Below, in pieces: positions 47,807 to 60,900 of a stretch of DNA of 64,000 nt (its first letter is position 1; the number at the start of each line of letters is the position of its first letter). The stretch covers positions 1 to 64,000 of the forward strand of contig DF237281.1 in assembly GCA_000708835.1 (NCBI GenBank), read 5' to 3'. The position numbers were made by a program, and so were the translations under genes. Under the pieces are notes generated by a model. The model did not search any database. It saw only the letters and a program-made list of their open reading frames with translations, and was not told where the DNA came from. The DNA comes from Klebsormidium nitens (lineage: Eukaryota; Plantae; Klebsormidiophyceae).

Positions 47807-48826
47807 ATGGCAGCCTGCAATGCAATGCCCCTTCAAGGAGACCGTTTTGCCTCCTTGCCGGACGAGCTCGTTGAGAACATTCTCTCAAGACTGAGCAGGG
47901 CAAAAACCAGGACTCGTCTCCTGGTTGTTTGCAAGAGGTTCAGAAGGCTGGCTGTCTCCTTGAATTGGGAGTTTGAGACTGACGGTGACGGCCAGAGGTT
48001 CATGGACTACATTCTTGTCAACGACATGGTCACTTGTAAACGATTGACGCTTCACATATCGGGCTCCATCACCAACTTGAAAGAAGTGCTTTTGATGGCA
48101 GTCATTTCTACAAAGGCAACTCTGGAGCACTTTGAGCTCGCAATCAAGCCCCCAGATGACAGTATGCCGGGACTAAGAGTGGCCTGCCCTATTCTTCGAT
48201 CCTGTAAGAAACTGAGATTTCTAGATATCAGTGTTGACATGCGGATGACCCACGGGGAAGAAAACCTTCGGTGCTATCTCGGAGATATGGACGAGTTACC
48301 GAATCTAAAATCCTTGACTCTACTCAGCACCGTGGGCAGTGCAAGTTCTGTGTCGAACCTATCCAAGCGGTTTCCCGTCCTCGAGGAATTCGAAGTGATG
48401 GGATTTTGGCCAGAGGGGACCTACCATCTTCATTCAACCACCTTGAAGTATTTGACTTGGTGTGGTTTTGTCATGACGGACGAGACAGACGAGAAGCACA
48501 CCTTTGTTCTAGAGTGTCCTGCCTTACGAGCCCTCACTTTCAACAGCTTTGAAGGCAGTCCCTCTGTGGACTTGCGCTTGGAAGGCCGGTTGGAGCACTT
48601 GTCGGAGTTGCATATAAACGTTGCCAGCTTGCCTACGTTTATGGATGTAGCACCTAGATTAAAGGAACTAGACTTGCTATGCAAAGATAATTCCGTTGAA
48701 ATCAATATTGGACAGATTCAACGTAATTTCAAGCAATTGAGAACATTAAGGTTCTACAAGGGGAAGAGGGATGACAAATCCAGATTTTCAGCGTCGTTAG
48801 TAGGCTTTTTGCAACAAGTAGACTGA
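47807..48826 (+). CDS. Intronless F-box / LRR-like protein
   Basis: F-box DRFASLPDELVENILSRL...LLVVCKRFRRL, followed by leucine-rich repeats (LEHFEL, LRFLDI, LPNLKSLTL, CPALRALT, APRLKELDL). Confidence 0.85.
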   Translation: MAACNAMPLQGDRFASLPDELVENILSRLSRAKTRTRLLVVCKRFRRLAVSLNWEFETDGDGQRFMDYILVNDMVTCKRLTLHISGSITNLKEVLLMAVISTKATLEHFELAIKPPDDSMPGLRVACPILRSCKKLRFLDISVDMRMTHGEENLRCYLGDMDELPNLKSLTLLSTVGSASSVSNLSKRFPVLEEFEVMGFWPEGTYHLHSTTLKYLTWCGFVMTDETDEKHTFVLECPALRALTFNSFEGSPSVDLRLEGRLEHLSELHINVASLPTFMDVAPRLKELDLLCKDNSVEINIGQIQRNFKQLRTLRFYKGKRDDKSRFSASLVGFLQQVD

Positions 48827-50090
48827 TTTAAAGACGTGCATTCTCAATGGCTCGGATCGACATGTCGGACCATTTATAGAGTGCCGATGCAGTAAAGGCA
48901 CTAGTAACTTGCCCCCTTGGTTGTTCTCATGTCGCAGCTACTAATGGGCCATAGGCTCTTCAGTCATTGTCATGGCATGAAGTATGAGTGTGTATCCAAG
49001 AGGTATCAGTGATCGAGGACGTCTATTCCAATCTCATGCAAGTATGCTGAGTCAACTCGCCATCGAGTCTCAATTGAGGCGTTTTTCGCATACTAACGGT
49101 TGCAATGATGACATGAAGTTGCGCTTCTGTGCCCGAGCTAGCAATTGCAGAGTCTCATACAATCAGCTGCGCGATCATATGCAACAGAGATCCTCTAACA
49201 CCATACGGTAATCATTGAAATGATAACAGTAAACCTTTAGCTGGCAGGCCTGGCGCCAATTATATACAACAATTGAAAGCTTGCGCATGAATCATTGGGT
49301 TTTGCGTAATCCGACCGGCCTTCAACCATGGTCGGGAGCATGCGTACTTCGCAGAATTACGGGCACTGGCATGTTACCCTTCCACGTTTTTGCGCTCGCG
49401 GATGGGTAGAATCATCTTTACAGTATAACATATAATGACGGGCGTCTTGTTAAGTTGAAGCGTATAGATTACCGCGTCGATCTACAGTAGCTACAATGTC
49501 GTAGCTAGTCGGAGCTCTAGTGCCCATACCCTACTTTGAATCGAGCTGGAATTGGCAATTGATGCATGCTAGGCGCCGGTCAGTGCATTGTCGAGGGTCT
49601 TCGGGGTGTGCGAGACCGATGTGGACTTTGGATATATTGGAAACGTTTATGTGCTCAGCATCACAATAGCTTGCAATGAAATCATAACGCAGTACTGACG
49701 GTGATCAAGCCAGTCGATGTTACTTACAAAGACAAATATGCAAGATGACTTCAAATTATGTTGTCGAACTCGGTTGAACGCTGAGCTCCTCCTACGCTTG
49801 CTTCTAAGCTCTAATCAGACAATTGACATCTACAAGCACCCCAGAAAAGACATTGTCCGGTCAGTTTGCGTCAGTCGGGAAATGATTAGAGTAGCGCCCA
49901 GATTATCAGGCGCCATTTAGGAGCCGACTTCCTCAACTAATGGGAAATGATCGAACGATGCTGTCAGACCCACTCCGTCACGCAAAACGGTCTTGTTTGG
50001 GGAATCAGCAAGTTCGGAGAGGCGTGTGGACGTTCCGTTTGCAATTGGAATCCGGTTGCGGAATTGATTTTGCCCGGAACGGGGCTCTGG

Positions 50091-53000
50091 TCAATCCAGC
50101 CAATCGTCCTCCTCGTCCTCGTCTTCCTCATCGTCGTCGCTGTCTTGCATGGCCTGCATATGTCATGCTTGCGAACGTCATGCTTGCCCAATACGTCAAC
50201 AACGAAACCGGACCGCAAGAATGCCTTTCCAAGCAAGAGCTGCTGATAAGATACTTCTATTAAGATTGTCAAGGCGACTCCTTACCTCAGATCAAATTAG
50301 ACTCGAGTCAAGCCTTGACATCCCTATTCTTGACGGTGTTGAGCAGTGATTGCAACTCAGGTCAAGCGCTCATACAACAAACATCCTTAATAGTTCCGGC
50401 AGAAGTCTCATGCACAACGTTTCTTGGCGGAGCCAGCAAGCCCGGTGTTAGCTGAAAGGCGGTCAAAAGCGCAACCGGGCACAAGCGGACGCGAAAATCA
50501 AAAACAAGACGGTCACGTACCTGCCGGATGGCGTTTGCACGTTCCAGAATCGAAGCGACATTGATGTCGGTGACGGGCCGGCTGGGCTTCTCCTCCGCCT
50601 TCACGGTTTCCGTGCGCCGCAAGTTGACCTGAAGCAAGAGGGACAAAAGATAAGACACCGTTTGCCGAATTGCTTAAAGTCTCGTTAGCATTACGTCTAG
50701 GGTCCACTAATTCGGGGGAGATCCTTCTGAAGACTTCGTCCAGCAGAAGACAAACGTTGAGTCTCGAGGTGGCCAGCCAAAATGCGGTGCCCACACTCAA
50801 AAAGAACACGGCACTCTTTACTGGTCAATGATCTCAAACTGTACGACAATCAGGACGTGTTCCTCATTTGATCCACTTTCCTAGTCACCGACATCAGCGT
50901 TCATGAAAGAGCCACGAAGACACTGTGGGCCAAATACGAGCAGCAACCTAGTTCAAACGCTCTTACTGAGATTCTGTGATGCCTTAAGAATGGAAACGTC
51001 TCTTGCACTTGGGGCGCCTCAATGGCAAACTTGGTGTGCCTAGCTTCCGATGCGATTCCGAAGCTGCGATTAACGTTCTCCCGGCAGCGAACCCCTATCG
51101 GAGACAGGCTGCTGACGTACAAGAAATTGGTCCGACCATCAGATACGATCCGCTTCCTCACCCCCTTCTTGATCTGTTCCAGCATCACGTTCCGGTCCCC
51201 AGTCGGCGCAGCAACGCCCCCACTCCGCTCGTCCACCCGTTTCAGCTTGCCCTTGTCGTGCTGCGCAATGGCTTGCATCAAATCGACCGGCCTGGCAGCA
51301 CCCCCCCGAGACGAAGACGGCCCCGTGATGGTAAGCGCACCAGGGGCCAGAGGAGGGGGCGGAGGTGGGGGCGCAGACTGAGAGGGCTTCTTGAACGCCC
51401 CCAGACTTCCGGGGGGCGGAGGTGGGGGAGGTTTGGGGGCGGATTTTGCTGTCGGGGGGACGGGTCCTGCCAGCCCACGAGGCTCGGCCGCTCCCCCCCC
51501 ATTTGTAGAACGGTCTTTTGGAAGGGACGTTTGTGTAGACAGCCCGCTCGGCCGGTACTCGTCCTCGGTCTCGGGTCGGGGGGGTGTCTGCATCACCCAC
51601 GGCCGTCGCAGGGGGGACGAGCGCTCAGGCGACGAGAAGGGGGGGGAGGAGAACCCTCCCGGCGACAGCTCGCGGGGGGGAGACAGGCGGCTCGACGAGC
51701 CCATCCTCAACGCTCCCCGCCCCGACGGGGCAAATGCCGGCCCTGGGGAATCGAGAACGCTGCGCGAATGCCTGATCGGTCGCGCGGGGGAGTCCATGAA
51801 TCGCCGCAACTGGCCAGGTTCGTGGAGCGGGGGAGAGGACGCCTGCGACCAGGGGGGGCTATCGATGTCCACCGTTTCGGGGGGGCTGTCGTCCGCCGGG
51901 CCTGCCCCCCCGGAGCTGCGCGAGAGCTCGACGGCCAGGGACGTAGCCGACGACACCGTGCCGAGCGCCACGGCTGCTCCCGTTTCGGGGGGGTGCGCCT
52001 GCTCCTCTAGTTCTTTCTGCATCCGCAGCAGCGCCTCGAGCCGCGCTTGCGCCTGCTGATACTCTTGTTGCAGTTTCACGAGCCCGGGGTTCATCGGGCT
52101 CCCCGGTGCGGAGTCCTCCCCCACTACAGGACTCCCCGGGACCGACGCCCAGGCTGCGAGACGCCCGTTCTCCTCTTTGTGCTTCGCCGCTGGTGCAACT
52201 TGTTCCTCGCTGACGTCTTTGCTGACACCTCTGATGACGTCCGCATGATCTGCTGGAGATCTTTCGCCCACCCCGGAAGGCTCCTCCTGTGCAACCTTAC
52301 CGGACTCTTCTTGCGGCCGCCCCTCTCCGTCGCATGCGCTTGCAACCCATTCCGCCTCCAAGTCCGAGAGCTTCCCGACAGACGCCTCCGCAACGCTCGC
52401 CTCAACTCCCCCTCGCTCGTCCACTAATCCTGCCGCGCCCCTTGTTTCGCTTCTTTCATTCGCAAGCGCTCCTTCGGCTTCTCTTCGGATCTGCTCACGC
52501 ACCCTTGCAGCCTGCGTCACCGAGTCGAACGATTCCGCCCGGGGGAAAGCATTTTCCGTCTCCCCGTCGCTCTTTCGCGGCGTCTCCCGTCTCGCCTTGG
52601 TGCTCCTTCGTCGCGCTCGGGGGATGGCCTGCGTTTGCGAGGCGGTTCTGCCGTTGGATGTTACGGCCTCGTCCGGGCCGGTCCGCTGGTCGAAGAGAGC
52701 GCTCTCTCCTTCTCGATGCACTTTGTCAGGCTCTGGAACATTCTTAGCGGCTGGCGAATCTTCTGCTACATCCCGAGAAGCCGTTCTTTCCCGACGCGGC
52801 TCCTGAGCATCTTGTTCCGCTTCACGGCCAGAGCTCTCGCCATTGGCTTCAACCAAGTACCCAGCCGTTTTCGCAACTTCGTTGACTTTCCCAATGGCAA
52901 CGATCTCGTCCTGCGCGACCCCCGTTCTCAACCCATTTGCCGGCGCTTTCAGCTCCCTCTCAGCGTTCTTAAAATGAGGCACCTGCGGCACGCTTCTCGA

Positions 53001-56000
53001 AGCGTCTCCGAGGGACGCGAAGCTGCTTTCTACATAAGGGGAGATGGTCCCCTGCGATGCCGGAGTCGGGGGATCCCCCTCGGACCGGGTTTTTGAGTCA
53101 CCGGGGACATAGACCGAGTACCGCTGGGAGTCCGGGGTTTTGGGCTCGTCCGGCACATAAACAGAGTAGCGCTGCGGCTGCTCTGGCAGCTCCGCAGGGG
53201 CGGGGCGCTGCGGTGGGGGGGTCGCAGCTGCCTTTTGTGAGTTGGAGCGAGAGTTGCGGCGTGACCTGCAGGCAAAGGAACGGGGGGGTCGAAGGACGCA
53301 CGAGGGCACTTTTCACTGGCCGCTGAGATCCCGCTGAGAACTGTCTTGCTGAGGCAGATGACTTTTCACAGCATACGAGTGTTATCGAAAGCGCTGCGTT
53401 GTGGTTGCCAATCGATTTAGAGACGTGACGTTCGGCTGGGAGTTCTGACGTAACAAGTGGACGACTCTGCGGTGCAAGTGAGAGATGTACGCCACGAAAA
53501 CTCCCAGCAGAGGCAGACTTTAAGAGAAGGGTGCTTAAAGTCAACCAACATGGAAGATGGAGACACGTATGGTACATGGCTTGTCCTGAGCGTGTGACCT
53601 TACAAACCCAGCCCCGAAAAAGTTCCTGTCCGGCAATTCTGTTAGAAGGCGGTTTCTGGTACCCCAGAAGCACGGTTTAGGAGTGGGTCCTCACCGGGAT
53701 GCCTGCCGGACGTAAGCCCCCTCGTTCAGGTCTCGTAAGCTGCGCTGCTGCCCTAGGTGCTTTGCCTTTCGCTGCACACAAAACGGTGCAGGCATAAGAA
53801 AGAGAAGCAGATAGGAAAACCGACTTGCACACTCCAATCTTCATTTTTGCGAGCGCTACAGCCAGTCAAGCAATGCTTCTGGCGCATTATGAGGCGGTCA
53901 TCAGTTTCACCCAAGGTTATTGCTTCTTGTAAGTGCAAACTTGAGGGGTCTTTCACGCATTGTGAAGGGTTATCGTTGGATGCTTTGCACTTCTTAATTG
54001 TGGTCTATCTATTGAAGGCACCTACTTGCATCCCAGCAGTCGAAACACACTGGAATCGATTTGGGCCATGACGGATGCCCCTTGGCAAATGCCCACCCCG
54101 TAGTGCGGTCACTGCCCCAATTCAATTAAGCCCAAAACCTGCTTGGAGGTGCCTGATGCTATTACTTCAAGCCATAAACGACCAGCCTTTGGAGACACTA
54201 CGAAATCATAGCCTTTTCTGAACAGTGTTCGTTCCCGCGGATATGAGTGTCATACAGGTCTTCTGAAGAAAGACAGGCTCCTGCGGATCCTCATATTATC
54301 ATATTCCTGCCTCACCCTCGCTTTCATGGCCTTCTTCTCCCGCTCTGCCTGCGCCAGCTCGGCCAGCGCCCACTCCCGCTTGAAGAAGTACGGGTCCGAA
54401 TAGCGCCGCAGGGCACCGCCGTCCGAGGCCGTCCGGTCAAAGCGGTCCAGCATGTGGAGCGGTGGGGGGGGCTGCGCTTTCATATATGCTTCGCTGATGT
54501 AAGGGGGAAGCTCTGAGGATGTGAACAGGGTTTGGTCCTCATGGGGGCTGGAGTGCCACTTGAGCCCTGAAGGAAAGACAGGTAGAGGGTTGATGGGTTA
54601 GTCCGACGAACACCTTGGATAAAGGGTGCTAAAAGGTTCACTATACGTACCATGCATGTCAAGGTAGAATACAACAGCCGCTAAGCAAAGCTAAGTGGAC
54701 TCCTTGGCTGGTTTATGGCTTGCATCGTGGTCTGCTGGTGTTTGAATCTTGAACCTACTGAACAAGACGCAATGGTTATGCCAGCCAGATGGATGTTTAT
54801 GAAGAATGCAAGAGACAGAGAATGGTCAACAATTGTACCAGTTCCGCTTCTCATCCTGGCCCTGATAGCTGTAAATGAATCTTGAACAGATGCAACAGAC
54901 CAATTGTGTCTGTGTCTCAAAGAGGATGTTTAACATGCGTGCGTCCTAGAGCAGATTGACCGTCTCAATGCACTCTTTTCTTCCATTGCCTACATTGCAG
55001 TTTTTTCCGCTCTCAGACCCGCTCCAAGCACCCAGCCATCTTCCGTTTACTTGTTTGCCCACTCGATGTAAGCATGACCTTGCTTCGCCCCAAGAAGAAG
55101 CACACCGTATCAAACACTTAACTCAGGTATCCATCTCTTGACTTGTTTGCGGCTTTTCCCTCTCAGCGGCTCCTTTATCCAGGAGTCTGTCAAACTTCTA
55201 CTGGTGGCTACGTGTGCTTTCTTACCGTCATTTGGAAGTAGCTGCCGTGTGTCCTGCGCAGTGAAGACGCGGATCTCCGCCTCCGGCATGCTCTCCTCTA
55301 GCGCACTCGCGCGCGCCGCCATGGCCTCACCGCGTGCCCCGAGTCGAGACGTTTCAGCATGGAGCTGGGAGAACATGACGGCGGCATAGCTGCAAAAAAG
55401 GGGAAACAAAGGGTTAATGTTTGGGCAAAAGAAAGGGTACTCACCACTTCCAATGCAGTGGCAAAGATGTGTTTGTTGGCATGAGGTAAAAAGTGTTAAG
55501 GTGAGGAAGGATGGCGCCATGCAATCGGGTGCAGATACATGCAATTCATGTCATTAGGACAAGGGCTGAAACAAAGTGTGGGTAAAAGTGACCCTCGCGT
55601 GCTGCATTCATTTACGAACAACGCAGAGTGTGCATCAATTGACAAGTTAGCAGCCCATTGAGTTTGCATTTTAACAACAGAAACTCAAGGGAACCCCGTA
55701 GAACCATACTCTTTCAGCGGAAGCCAGACGAGAGGGAAACTGGCTGTACAAGCGCAAGACAAAACATCACCAAAAAGTGTATTTCTGCAGCCGTCTCCAA
55801 AGACCAAAGGACCTCCATGTGCAGCGTGGAGTCACGTCCAGATCTGAACATAGAAACCAAGCAACTAGTTGGGACCAACATTCAGACACTCACTCGGACA
55901 GCTCCCCCAGCTGCCGCACAACTCCCACGAGGTCCGCAAAGTTGGCTGCTTCCAATAGCGCCCGGGGATCATCCTTCGGAGCCTGACGGTATATATCCGG

Positions 56001-56048
56001 CAAGGCAAGTGCCTGCTCCTCCTTCAGCCTCAGCTTAAGTAGAGGCAT
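50091..56048 (-). CDS. SCAR: SCAR/WAVE actin-nucleation promoting factor (ARP2/3 activator)
   Basis: Exon 1 (56048-55894) reads MPLLKLRLKEEQALALPDIYRQAPKDDPRALLE...LVGVVRQLGELS. The SHD continues YAAVMFSQLHAE and PPLHMLDRFD...LRRYSDPYF. A poly-Pro tract follows, then the VCA: LMQAIAQHDKGKLKRV, VMLEQIKKGVNLRR, VASILERANAIRQ and the acidic end DSDDDEEDEDEEDDWLD* (TGA at 50093-50091). Confidence 0.92.
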
Positions 56049-56668
56049 CCTGGCAGTCAGCTCTTCCCCAGATTACACAAGGTAAAGTGGTCAATGCAAC
56101 GTCTAGTGGGGCTTCCGCAGTCGTTGACAGCAATCCTCTATTAGTGGCTGCTCCCCTATACGAGCAATCTTCAAAGGAACTCAAAAGGGGAACCTCCTCA
56201 TCCTCAGACAGTGCTCCTGCTTGGCTGAAGATTAGCAAAATTTCGGAAGGTGAATCTGCCGCTTGGTTGGGAACCTAAAGCGTTTGCCCAACGTAGATTC
56301 TGCATTGCAAGTCCTCACATTCCTACGGGACTGGACTTGCCTAGATTGTTGCTCTCGCTTATGCGTCCATCGCAGATTACAAATGCAGATAGCCACTCAA
56401 TGTTCCAGCCTCCGAGCAATGCTTACAACACACCAAATTCACTGTCCCTTCTTCACCCAAGCTGCTTTATTACCCTAAGGCTATAGTAATACTGATCTCA
56501 TGCAGCTTCAACTTCAAGGCAACACGGTTGCAGCGTATGCGTCATTGCACAAAGCGATCGCTGCAACAAGAATTGGGGCAGCAACGGACTATAGTCCTGC
56601 CAAATGCTGGTTCCTCTGTGTCCTTTGCTTCTACCAGCAAAGCATGATGGACCGCGCAGCCATAGGTA

Positions 56669-56932
56669 CCGTACCGGCAAGGGAATTCACCACCTTTTTG
56701 TGTGAAAACTTAATTTCGTTCATCTTGAGGTTTCACCGGGCGCGTTGAGTTTATATTTTTCATTTCACACAAGCAGGTTTTTTGCTTTTTCCACGATCAA
56801 AACACCCCAAAATGATATAGATTCCAGAAAATGTTGGTTTCACCTTTTCACAGTCGGGGTGACCTTTAATTTTATTTTTTTCGCACTGACCCCAAAATAA
56901 ATAATAAAAGTTGAATTCCCTTGCCGGTACGG
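56669..56932. mobile_element. Non-autonomous Tc1/mariner-type MITE (264 bp, 21-bp perfect TIRs, TA target-site duplication)
   Basis: TA|ccgtaccggcaagggaattca (56669-56689) ... tgaattcccttgccggtacgg (56912-56932)|TA, with an AT-rich non-coding interior. Confidence 0.88.
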
Positions 56933-57975
56933 TAGATGGATCTTCTGGAGCAATGCAGCGAGCAACAACTTCATGAGCAATGACTCATGAGCAGCTGGCC
57001 GTAGAGTCACCGCTTGGACAGCATTGGACAGGCTGGCGACCATGTTTTACGTAACCCAGCAAAAGGTTCCGCGTTTCTTCGAGTTCGAATCGACTCAGCC
57101 CAGGGGGAAATCTTATAGAGAGCACAACGACGAGAGCGCTGGCTGAGCTTGACCAGACGTACGGTTCGAGTCTCTAAACCTCCTCCTTTCACCCCCGCTC
57201 TTCAAATTCAAGAGGCTGATGCATGGGCGTTCATTCCAACGAGATCTTCGTTGCAAAGCTTCAACACAAGCGCCTTCACAATGTTGCTATGTTGTTGTAC
57301 AGCTTTAGGTTGAGTGTTTCATTTTTACAAATGAACAGGCCGCTTCACATAGCATAGCATATCACATGCCCCACGCATTTGTGATATCCATGGGGGTGGT
57401 GGCAGTTCGTGATAAGTTGACGAGGTTGTGGAGATAGTTAGCGCCAATCCCGGCAACCTTGGCGCCATCTATAGGTGAGTTGCAATGCCAGCTTTGCTTG
57501 GTGTCAGCGCTTTGCAAAGGAAGGAGGTCCCTCCTTTTACTCGTCTTGTTTGCAATTGGAAGAGTTTGGTTACGTTTCACCCGCTAACATGTTGTCTGGA
57601 AGTTTGAGTGGTGGTGCTTGGGCCTGTGCTTTTGTTTCTGCACAGTTATGCATACATAGGCTCACGTTATTGTAACCAATGCGAATTTCAGTCACCGATT
57701 GGGCCACGACTTCAGATGATTCCAATGTTGTGCCTGGTGAATGTAAGCTCAGGCCAGATCTCAAACACGCTTCCTCATGCACGGCAAGGCCGCAATGTAC
57801 TGTTGGGGTTCCTCTAAGAGCTTTTCACTACATGGCGGTGCACCCAGGGACTTTGATCACCCTTGCATTGGAAGAAGTCAAACTCAGAGTCATTCAATTA
57901 CATTACACTGATGGCATCGGACACATTGAACTTTCACTTACAGGATCGTCCAAAGAAATTCTTTTGACCTCTCAG

Positions 57976-60900
57976 ATGGAACTTGAGAGCGAAGCCACCC
58001 CAGGACGGGGCCCCTTCTTCAGGGCAAGAAGCCGCCCCTCCGAGCCCTCCCCCGCCGCTCCCCTCTTCTCCTTCCCAACACCCGTTCAGACTGAGCCGGA
58101 GGATGACTTGCTCTCTGAGGACGGGCACCAGTACTCCCCCTCCGCAATCACCGAGCGACCGGAGCTTCGCCGGGCTGGCCGCCGGGGGCGCAAGAGCACT
58201 GGCTTCGGCGCTTTGATCGGTTCAGGGGGAGAGGAGGACATGTCTGTGTCTCCGGAACCTGAGCGGGCCAGGGAGTTTCGGGCTGGGGACTCTGTAGTGC
58301 CATTCGAAGGCTGGAGGGGAGCTGACGGAGGGCAGCGAACGCCAGGCAATGCCGCCCCCTGGCATGGAGACGATCATAAAGAGGCCCCCAGCCAACAAGG
58401 CACTGCTCGGAAGACCTCTTCTGAGGTGGCGGTCGTCCGGCACAGGGACGGAGCGCAGCACCAGAGCAGTCGGAATGCCTCCAAGCACAGAGTGCGCAGC
58501 GACAATGCGCCGGAGGCATATGCTGCGCTCCTTCGGCCTGCGCTGAGGGGCGATGCAGAGTTTGCAAGCGTCCTGGGGGGACTGCACGACCTGGCACAGG
58601 ACCTGGCGGACCGGAGGGGGGAGATGGCGGCTGCGCAAACAAGGTGGGGGTGCTCATTCCAGGTCACTCGATGTGGCAAATATGTGATAGGGAGTTTGGT
58701 GGGGCTTAGTGAAACGGCCTCCTGAGCGCACTACGTAGGCTGATTCAAAGTGCTTGGAAGGTTTCCGGTCAGAAACAAAAGGTTTTCTGGTCCGAGGATG
58801 CAGTTTAGAATTTAGGCAAACGCTACAGCTTTCCCCTCCTTATTGTGACCTTTCCAATTTGCCCCTCCACTCCCCAAGTCCATCCTCAATTCTCTTTCCT
58901 TTCTGTAATTGTGATCATTGATCGAGCTTCAGTGAAACAACTCAGAGGCCATACTCAGGGATGCTACGGTTCTTCCAAGTCTTCCTGAGATCCCCCAGCC
59001 AACCGACTCCCCCTTCTCGTCAGGTCCATCGAACGCCACCTCCTCGAGCACAAGTCCCGCGTGCTCCAATCCGAGGCCGCCACCTGGAGCCTCGTGTGGC
59101 ACCTGCTGGGCAAGCCGCTGCAGGAGATGCTCTCAGCGGGCCTTTTGCCGCCCACCTCGCAGCAGGAGGCGTGTGAATACGCCCTGCAAGACGCGCGCGC
59201 GCAGGCGTGCATGCGGGTGGTGCAGTGGCTGGAGGACCTGGCGGGGCAGCAGGTGGACCGGGACGAGAAACGGCATGGGGGGTACGCCGGGCTGCTGCGC
59301 CACAGCCAGGGGGTCTGGGTGCGCACCGCACAGGTGGGGGGGAATACTGACGTGATGTATACTTTGTAGCTTATACATGAAGGAATGAATGTGCTTTTGG
59401 AGATAACAGCTTGCTGGTGAGAAAGTCTCTGGGCTGGTGCTAGGATATGTTTCGCTAGTTGTCCCAAGTGGTCATTATTAACCGATGTCCTAGGTGTGGA
59501 GGTTTGGCTGCACGCGCTCTGCAGGGTGGGCCCGAAGGATTGCAAGGTCTGCGTAGTCCTTTCTTTTCCTTAACGTAGATTCCCTGCTTGACGTCAATAC
59601 CACTCTATTTCGAAGACAAGGACTGGCTGGTTTTCTCTCAAGGACAGGCATGTACCTTCCGAAGCTCCATTTCGCCACTACCGACCATCCCTTCCTTCCA
59701 TTGCCAGGCACTCAAATCCTCCCAGCGCCCCCCCTCCAACCTGGTCTCACACGTCGACCCCGACGCCCCCACCCGCGAGAACCTCAGGCTGCACCCCCAG
59801 GACTCGGAAGACGAGGAACTTCTGATGCGGGGGGTCTGGACGCTGCTCAAAGCCGGACGCCTTTCGGACGCACGTCAGCTGTGCCGAGATGTCGGACAGG
59901 CGTGGCGGGCCGCCAGTCTAGGGGGCACAGGGGATGCCGGGCCGGTGCCGTCGGTGGAGGGGTTTAGGGGTTTGACGGGAACGAAGCGGGCGAGAGAGGA
60001 GCAGGCGGCGGAGATTGAGGCGGGGCGGGGGCGCCAGCGGCGCTTGTGGAAGTGGACGTGCTTCTTGGCGTCTGAAAAGGTGGGCTGTCCGGTTGCCGAC
60101 GACCGACTCTTGTGTGGGGTTAGGGGGATGACTGAGGAAGGGGATACTCGTCCGTTTGGAAAGTAGTGAAGAGGCTCCTAATCTTTCAGAGCGCGTCCTT
60201 TTCCTCTCCGTTTTTTGTTGACCGGACCATGTTCTATATCAGAAGTGTGTATCCTGGCTGCCGCAGCACCCTTTAGTGCGTGGCCGGAAAGAGTCGGGCC
60301 TGAAATGGTCAACGAGAAGCTTTGGAGGGACCTGGTTCTGATGCACCCAAGCTCTACAAAAAGCTCACCTCCAAGTCTTGATTGTTTCCTCTCTTCTCAA
60401 TCCAATCAGGTGGGTGGCGAGGGCGGCGAGTCCAAGTACGAGGCCGCCGTCTACGGCGCCCTCTCCGCCAACACCTCCAAAATGCTCCCGGTCTGCGACA
60501 CCTGGGAGGCTGCCTGCTGGGCCCTGTTCCGGGGTTGGCTTGACTCGCAAGTAGACTCAGCACTGGCTGACGCGCACGCAGCAGAGGGCCTCACAGGGCC
60601 TTCTCCTTCTCCTGATGAGCTAAGCGGGAGCCAAGAGAAACGGAGTGCAATCGCGGAGGCGTACAAGAACTCGTCGGCGGCGGGGGGGTGGCCGGCGCCG
60701 GTGCTGGCACAGCAGCCGCAGAGCTTTCCGGAGGTGTTCGAACGGCTGCAGACAAGGTAGGGGATCATTGTCGGGGAGCTGTGATTCATCAAAATGGTCT
60801 TAGGGCAAGCTAGTTCCGCTTGAGTTGTTCCATCTGCAAAGCGACTCTGCATGGGCGATGCGAGGCTGAGTTGAGGTGATGTCGGGAATGACGTTCGGGG

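Noticed and set aside
48824-49100. F-box gene as a truncated pseudogene
   Set aside because: The sequence after the stop shows no convincing LRR continuation in any frame, and the 339-aa ORF itself is uninterrupted.
37532-53326. Many long antisense or alternate-frame ORFs overlapping GC-rich exons (e.g. 37650-38534, 42046-42780, 51003-52010, also 2085-2579 and 3028-3549)
   Set aside because: These are expected shadows of GC-rich coding sequence. They have low-complexity R/P/G/S composition and no recognisable motifs.
57679-57975. N-terminal extension of the NUP107 ORF
   Set aside because: It starts at a non-ATG codon, shows no coding character, and ends at a pyrimidine-rich cag acceptor just before ATG 57976. 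It is more likely a 5' UTR intron.
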